A program made the translations under genes and the position numbers. The notes below the pieces were generated by a model. It did not search any database and had not been told where the DNA came from. It saw only the letters and a program-made list of their open reading frames with translations. A stretch of DNA of 64,000 nucleotides. Origin: an uncultured Verrucomicrobia subdivision 3 bacterium (GTDB taxonomy: Bacteria; Verrucomicrobiota; Verrucomicrobiia; Limisphaerales; UBA11358). Below are positions 59,229 through 64,000 of this stretch, in pieces. Position 1 is the first letter of the stretch. Every line of letters starts with the position of its first letter. The DNA lies in assembly GCA_903944085.1 (NCBI GenBank), contig CAJAQO010000198.1:3625-67624 (forward strand). The letters run 5' to 3'.

Positions 59229-59924
59229 TTAAACAGTCAGGTGTTTTTTGACAATGTCATTATTCAGTTGCGAAATCGGGCCGTTGGCCACGATCGCGCC
59301 ACGATCCATGATGTAAAAACTGTCGCCAACACTTAAACAGAAGTCGAGATATTGTTCCACGAGCAGGATGCTGATCTTGCCTTCCTTTTTGATTTTCAAA
59401 AGCGTGTCGCCAATCAAATCAATGATGTTCGGCTGGATGCCTTCGGTCGGCTCGTCGAGAATCAAAATTTGCGGATCGGTCAGCAGCGCGCGGGCGATGG
59501 CGAGTTGCTGCTGCTGGCCGCCGCTCAACACGCCGCCTTTGCGCTGGAGAAATTCCTTCAGGATGGGAAACAATTCCAATACGCGATCCACCTGGCCGTT
59601 GGCCTTGGTGCCGTGGACGACGAGGCTGATCTTCAAATTTTCCCAAACCGTGAGATGCGGGAAAATGTCGCGGCCCTGCGGCACAAAGCCGATGCCTTTC
59701 CGCGCGCGGGCATCGGGCGGAAGTCCCAGGAGTTCCGTTCCAGCGAGTTTCACCGAGCCGGCTTCGGGCTTCACGAGGCCGACGATGGCTTTGAGCGTGG
59801 TGGTTTTGCCGACGCCATTGCGCCCCATCAGGCAGACGAGGCTGTGCTCCGGCACGGTGAGGTTCACCCCGCGCAAAATCCGCGAGCCATCGTAGCTGAC
59901 GTTGATGTTGAGAAGCGAAAGCAT
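59229..59924 (-). CDS. urtE: Urea ABC transporter ATP-binding subunit
   Basis: GRNGVGKTT, VPQGRDIF, LSGGQQQQLAIARAL, LDEPTEGIQP; ATG at 59924. Confidence 0.93.
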   Translation of the reverse strand: MLSLLNINVSYDGSRILRGVNLTVPEHSLVCLMGRNGVGKTTTLKAIVGLVKPEAGSVKLAGTELLGLPPDARARKGIGFVPQGRDIFPHLTVWENLKISLVVHGTKANGQVDRVLELFPILKEFLQRKGGVLSGGQQQQLAIARALLTDPQILILDEPTEGIQPNIIDLIGDTLLKIKKEGKISILLVEQYLDFCLSVGDSFYIMDRGAIVANGPISQLNNDIVKKHLTV

Positions 59925-59928
59925 GGTC

Positions 59929-60007
59929 AACAACAAAGCAACAAAGCCACTAAGACAAAATTGATTATTCCATCCGCCGCACTTTGTTTCTTTGTTCCTT
60001 GGTTGTT
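59929..60007. repeat. Intergenic inverted repeat built from 8 bp units
   Basis: AACAACAAAGCAACAAAGCCACTAAG (59929-59954) versus CTTTGTTTCTTTGTTCCTTGGTTGTT (59982-60007); 21 of 26 positions complementary. Confidence 0.7.
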
Positions 60008-60774
60008 CATTTTTCCTTTTTTTTGCGACCGAGATAAACTTCTTTGACGCGTTCATCGTTTTGCACGTCGTCCACGGTGCCTTCGCACAGAACATGTCCT
60101 TGATGCAGCACGGTGACTTTGCGGGCGATCTGGCGGACGAATGCCATGTCGTGTTCGATGACGATGATGCTGTGCTTGCCTTCGAGGCTCAACAGCAGTT
60201 CACCGGTCTTGTGCGTTTCCTCGTCTGTCATGCCGGCGGCGGGTTCATCCACCAGCAACAATTTCGGGTCTTGCGCGAGCAACATGCCGATTTCGAGCCA
60301 TTGTTTCTGACCGTGCGACAACGAGCCGGCCAATGTTTCAGCCTTATCGCTCAAGCCGATAGTTTTCAAAACGGCTTCGATACGGTCGCGCTGCTCGGCG
60401 GTGGTGCGTGAAAACAACGCGGTGAATACTCCGCGCGGGCCTTTCAGCGAGAGCAGCAGGTTTTCAAAAACGGTGTGGTGAATGTAAACCGACGGCGTCT
60501 GAAATTTCCGGCCAATGCCGAGCCGGTTGATCTCCGGCACGTTCATCGTCGTCAAATCCGTGTTGAAGCCGAACTCCACCTTGCCGGTGTCGGGTTTGGT
60601 GCGGCCGGTGATGATGTCCATCATCGTGCTTTTGCCCGCGCCGTTCGGGCCGATGATCGTGCGCAACTCGCCCTCGTCCATGTAAAAATTCAAATCCGAA
60701 ATCGCCTTGAAGCCGTCAAAATTTTTGTTGACGCCTTCCAGCAGCAGCACAAATTGTTTGGGCGCGTTGGTCAT
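60007..60774 (-). CDS. urtD: Urea ABC transporter ATP-binding subunit
   Basis: [39 protein letters not shown]. Confidence 0.95.
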   Translation of the reverse strand: MTNAPKQFVLLLEGVNKNFDGFKAISDLNFYMDEGELRTIIGPNGAGKSTMMDIITGRTKPDTGKVEFGFNTDLTTMNVPEINRLGIGRKFQTPSVYIHHTVFENLLLSLKGPRGVFTALFSRTTAEQRDRIEAVLKTIGLSDKAETLAGSLSHGQKQWLEIGMLLAQDPKLLLVDEPAAGMTDEETHKTGELLLSLEGKHSIIVIEHDMAFVRQIARKVTVLHQGHVLCEGTVDDVQNDERVKEVYLGRKKKEK

Positions 60775-61928
60775 TCGGATTTGGCGGGCAAAGGTTCCTC
60801 GCCGTTGGCGGCAACCGGAGCCGGTTCAACTTTCATTTTTCTAGCAGTTAATTTTTTATACACATCGCGCAATTGTGCCGGCAGGCCGACAATGCCTTTG
60901 GGCATGAATACCGTGACCAGAATGAACATCGTGCCGAGAAAAATCAGCCACATGTCCGGATAGGCACGCGTCGCCCAGCTTTTCATGGCATTCACGGCGA
61001 ACGCGCCGAGGATCGGCCCGATCAGCGTGCCACGCCCGCCGACGGCGACCCACACGACGGCTTCGAGCGATTTGTCCGGCGCCATTTCGCTGGGATTGAT
61101 GATGCCAACTTGCGGCACGTAGAGCACGCCGGCGAGCGACGCGATGACCGATGCGAGCACGAAGATGAAAAGTTTGAAGTTGGCCGTGGAATAACCCGAA
61201 AACATCACGCGGTTTTCGCTGTCGCGAATGGCGCGCTGGACTTTGCCAAATTTCGTTGTCGTGAGCCATTTGCAAACGAGATAAACGAGCAGCAGCGCGA
61301 TGCCGGTGACGATGAACAAACCGCGCTGCGTGGCCGGTTCGCGCGTGTCGTGGCCGAGGATAAATTTGAAATCGGTGAAGCCGTTATTGCCGCCGAGCAG
61401 CAAGCTGTTGCGAAAAAAAAGCAGGCATGCGGCGTAGGTCAGTGCCTGCGTTAAGATCGAAAAATAAACGCCGCGGATGCGCGAGCGAAAGGCGAGGTAG
61501 CCGAAAATTCCCGCCAGCGTGCCGGGCAGCAAAACCGCCATGAACATCGCAAACGGAAAACTGCCAAACGGCTTCCAAAACGCCGGCAGCGTGCTCCAGC
61601 CGAGAAACACAAGAAAATCGGGAATCGGTTGATGATACTGGCCGAGGTCGCCGATCATGCGCATGAGATACATGCCCAGCATGTAACCGCCGAGCGCGAA
61701 GAACAGCGCCTGTCCGAGACTCAACAAGCCGGTGTAGCCCCAGAGCAAATCCACACTGATGGCCAGCATCGCGTAGCAGAGATATTTGCCATAGACCGTG
61801 ATGGTGAAATTGCTGACGTGCAACCAACTGCTTTCAAGCGTGAACGCATTCAAACACGGCAACACTACCAGCATCAACAGCACGGCCGCTCCGACCGCGA
61901 TCAATTCCCATTTGGAAAATAAACGCAT
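60771..61928 (-). CDS. urtC: Urea ABC transporter permease
   Basis: [51 protein letters not shown]. Confidence 0.93.
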   Translation of the reverse strand: MRLFSKWELIAVGAAVLLMLVVLPCLNAFTLESSWLHVSNFTITVYGKYLCYAMLAISVDLLWGYTGLLSLGQALFFALGGYMLGMYLMRMIGDLGQYHQPIPDFLVFLGWSTLPAFWKPFGSFPFAMFMAVLLPGTLAGIFGYLAFRSRIRGVYFSILTQALTYAACLLFFRNSLLLGGNNGFTDFKFILGHDTREPATQRGLFIVTGIALLLVYLVCKWLTTTKFGKVQRAIRDSENRVMFSGYSTANFKLFIFVLASVIASLAGVLYVPQVGIINPSEMAPDKSLEAVVWVAVGGRGTLIGPILGAFAVNAMKSWATRAYPDMWLIFLGTMFILVTVFMPKGIVGLPAQLRDVYKKLTARKMKVEPAPVAANGEEPLPAKSE

Positions 61929-61939
61929 GTTTTTATTTG

Positions 61940-62043
61940 CGATTTACGATATGCGATTGACGAGTTGTTTGATCATCCGTGAAATTCCAACGTGGCGACG
62001 CGCATAAGAATTTTTGCAACACGTAAATCATAAATCGTAAATC
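61940..62043. repeat. Intergenic inverted repeat built from 7 bp units
   Basis: GATTTAC GATATGC GATTGAC (61941-61961) versus GTAAATC ATAAATC GTAAATC (62023-62043). Confidence 0.65.
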
Positions 62044-63775
62044 AGTCGAGGCTCCGGCTGCGGATTGAGAACAGCCCGCCGGGTTTCCATTGCAAAAACA
62101 AAATGATGCACACGAGCACCACGATCTTGCCCGTGACCGGCGAACCAGTGACCTGTTGCAACACTTGGTCGCTGGTGCCGATGCCTACTGCGGCATAGAC
62201 CGTGCCCACGATGCTGCCGACGCCACCGACCACCACGGTCATGAAACTATCCACGATGTAGCTCTGACCGAGACTCGGACCAACATTGCCAATCTGCGAG
62301 AGAAACGCGCCGGCAAGTCCCGCCAAACCGGAACCGAAGGCGAAGGTCATCATGTTGACGCGCGCGGTGCGCACGCCCATGCACGAAGCCATGTCGCGGT
62401 TTTGCATCACGGCGCGGATCAGCAGGCCAAGCGGCGTTTTCGTCAGCAGCATCCAGGTGCCGATCACAATCAGCACGGCAAAGCCGATAACGAACACGCG
62501 ATTGTAGCCGAGCAGCACGTCGTTCAAGGTGAAATGCCCTTGCAGCCAGCGCGGCGAACTGACCTGCACATTGTTCGCGCCGAAAACCATGCGGAAAAGT
62601 TGTTGCATCACCAGCGAAACGCCCCACGTGGCGAGCAAGGATTCAAGCGGACGCCGATACAGAAAACGTATGACGGAACGTTCCAGCGCCAAGCCGGCGA
62701 GGGCCGCCATCAAAAAACTCAACGGCAGCGCAAAAATAAAATATGTTTCATAAAACCAGCCGGTGGAATTCATGCCCGGAAGATGCAATCCGAAACCCAG
62801 CGGATGGCCAAAGAAGCTGAATGGCAGATTGATGGAAAACGCAAAACCGCTGCCGAACAAATTTTGCACGACATAAGTGGTGTAGGCGCCGACGGCGATC
62901 ATTTCGCCATGAGCCATGTTAATGATGCCCATGAGGCCGAAGGTGATGGCGAGACCGAGCGTGACGACGAGCAAAATTGAGCCAAGACTTAAGCCGCGAA
63001 ATATCGTGCCAAAGAAATTCACGGCGGCAATGTGTTCGCCGATGGTTTCGGCGGACAGCTTCGCGGCCTTGACGATTTCCGGCGCGGCGGTTTTGCTTTC
63101 GGCGAGCGACTTCACCATGTCCAGGCTGCCGATGGATTTGAGCGCGGCGAGTTGTTGCAAAGCGGCGACCTGGACTTTCGGATCGGGGTCGCCGAGTTGC
63201 AGCATGGCGATGGCTTCGTTGATGTTTCTTCTGACGGTTAAATCGTTTTCCTTGGCGAGACGCGCCTGCAAAACAGGAATGTTCTTAAGTTTTTTCGAGT
63301 TGCCAAGTTTGAGCACGGCGTTTTCGCGGGCGTCGGGATCGGGATCGGCCAAGGCGAGTGAATCCAGTGTCTGCTGAATGACCGTGCGCAACGCCGCATC
63401 TGTGTCGGCGGAAGTCAGCTCGGTCGGGGCAAAACGGAGTTCCTGCTTTTTGTCGTCCAGCAGAAATTTGCCATTATCAATGCGGATCGCGCGGGCCTTG
63501 CCGTCGGCGTCGGTCTGGTCTTCGAGCAACACGGGAATTTTTACGGTGTCAGCGTCATAAAGAAAAACATTGTCGCGCGTCCACGCGACCAGCACTTCGC
63601 GGACAATTTTGGAGCCGGTGTCAGACAATTCTCCAACAAGTTTCGGCTGCTCGGCCCCTTCGGCCAGGATTGCGTGCGACAATTTTTCGCGAATGGCGGC
63701 ATCCTGGGCCTGCACGGCCAGGACTGAAAATATCCCGCAGAGCAGGGAAAAAAGAAATTTCAAGGTTCGATGCAT
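62042..63775 (-). CDS. urtB: Urea ABC transporter permease with N-terminal helical (HEAT-like) extracytoplasmic domain
   Basis: GLAITFGLMGIINMAHGE, RPLESLLATWG, IVDSFMTVVVGG; signal peptide from ATG 63775. Confidence 0.92.
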   Translation of the reverse strand: MHRTLKFLFSLLCGIFSVLAVQAQDAAIREKLSHAILAEGAEQPKLVGELSDTGSKIVREVLVAWTRDNVFLYDADTVKIPVLLEDQTDADGKARAIRIDNGKFLLDDKKQELRFAPTELTSADTDAALRTVIQQTLDSLALADPDPDARENAVLKLGNSKKLKNIPVLQARLAKENDLTVRRNINEAIAMLQLGDPDPKVQVAALQQLAALKSIGSLDMVKSLAESKTAAPEIVKAAKLSAETIGEHIAAVNFFGTIFRGLSLGSILLVVTLGLAITFGLMGIINMAHGEMIAVGAYTTYVVQNLFGSGFAFSINLPFSFFGHPLGFGLHLPGMNSTGWFYETYFIFALPLSFLMAALAGLALERSVIRFLYRRPLESLLATWGVSLVMQQLFRMVFGANNVQVSSPRWLQGHFTLNDVLLGYNRVFVIGFAVLIVIGTWMLLTKTPLGLLIRAVMQNRDMASCMGVRTARVNMMTFAFGSGLAGLAGAFLSQIGNVGPSLGQSYIVDSFMTVVVGGVGSIVGTVYAAVGIGTSDQVLQQVTGSPVTGKIVVLVCIILFLQWKPGGLFSIRSRSLD

Positions 63776-63779
63776 TTTT

Positions 63780-63809
63780 AAAAAAGGGCGGGGGTTTTTG
63801 CCCCCGCCC
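63780..63809 (-). terminator. Intrinsic terminator between urtA and urtB
   Basis: Minus strand GGGCGGGGG-CAAAAA-CCCCCGCCC-TTTTTT. Confidence 0.75.
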
Positions 63810-63878
63810 ATGACTTGCGTCAGTGCTGGTTCCCTGCGGCTGAATGGACGCAGCCGAGAAACCGGCACAAATTATTTA

Positions 63879-64000
63879 TCATTTTGCGGCGAGTTTCGCG
63901 TCGAGGTCTTTCAACATGAAGGGTTCGCCGTAGACTTGCGGGAAGGTTTCCAAAATTTTGAACTGGCCGTTGGCCTTGGTCTCGCCGATGAACACGTCCT
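63879..64000 (-). CDS. urtA: Urea ABC transporter substrate-binding protein, C-terminal end only
   Basis: Minus strand reads DVFIGETKANGQFKILETFPQVYGEPFMLKDLDAKLAAK*; expected position upstream of urtB. Confidence 0.75.
   Translation of the reverse strand, partial: DVFIGETKANGQFKILETFPQVYGEPFMLKDLDAKLAAK

Noticed and set aside
1-64000. Numerous long antisense or alternate-frame ORFs in the track (e.g. 1726-2736, 37006-38196, 47052-47954, 55251-56270)
   Set aside because: They overlap well-supported genes, lack recognisable motifs and are expected shadows in GC-rich coding DNA.
1-64000. CRISPR array, tRNA, rRNA, riboswitch
   Set aside because: No regularly spaced repeats or recognisable RNA-gene signatures were seen by eye; an Infernal scan was not possible.

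Overview
Bacterial window whose gene content and protein style point to Verrucomicrobiota, probably Pedosphaerales-like (inference). It has three blocks. (1) 1-46.8 kb, all + strand: a rhamnose-glycan utilisation locus with a GH106, two GH78 rhamnosidases, two unclassified putative CAZymes, a prepilin/H-X9-DG protein, a NarL-type two-component system whose kinase has a CBM67-like sensor domain, and four giant secreted proteins. No SusC/SusD is present in the window. An unnamed ~165-200 aa domain (GW-x-D-x-GRD-x-Q-x-Y ... GY-x-EI-x-V-x-G) occurs 11 times across four genes. All five large or surface-type proteins end in a shared ~70 aa F[YF]R-type C-terminal domain. A conserved ~44 bp tandem-palindrome operator lies upstream of two of the giant genes. 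(2) 46.8-53 kb: an IS3 relic, a GntR(HutC)-ROK-phosphomannose-isomerase-like operon divergent from a sugar porter, and a gene remnant. (3) 53-64 kb, - strand: urtABCDE-ureD-ureAB-pfk-ureC-ureF-ureG, a plant/fungal-like urease set with no ureE and a phosphofructokinase gene wedged between the structural subunits. No rRNA, tRNA or CRISPR array was seen. All family calls come from motif recognition by eye, not from database searches.
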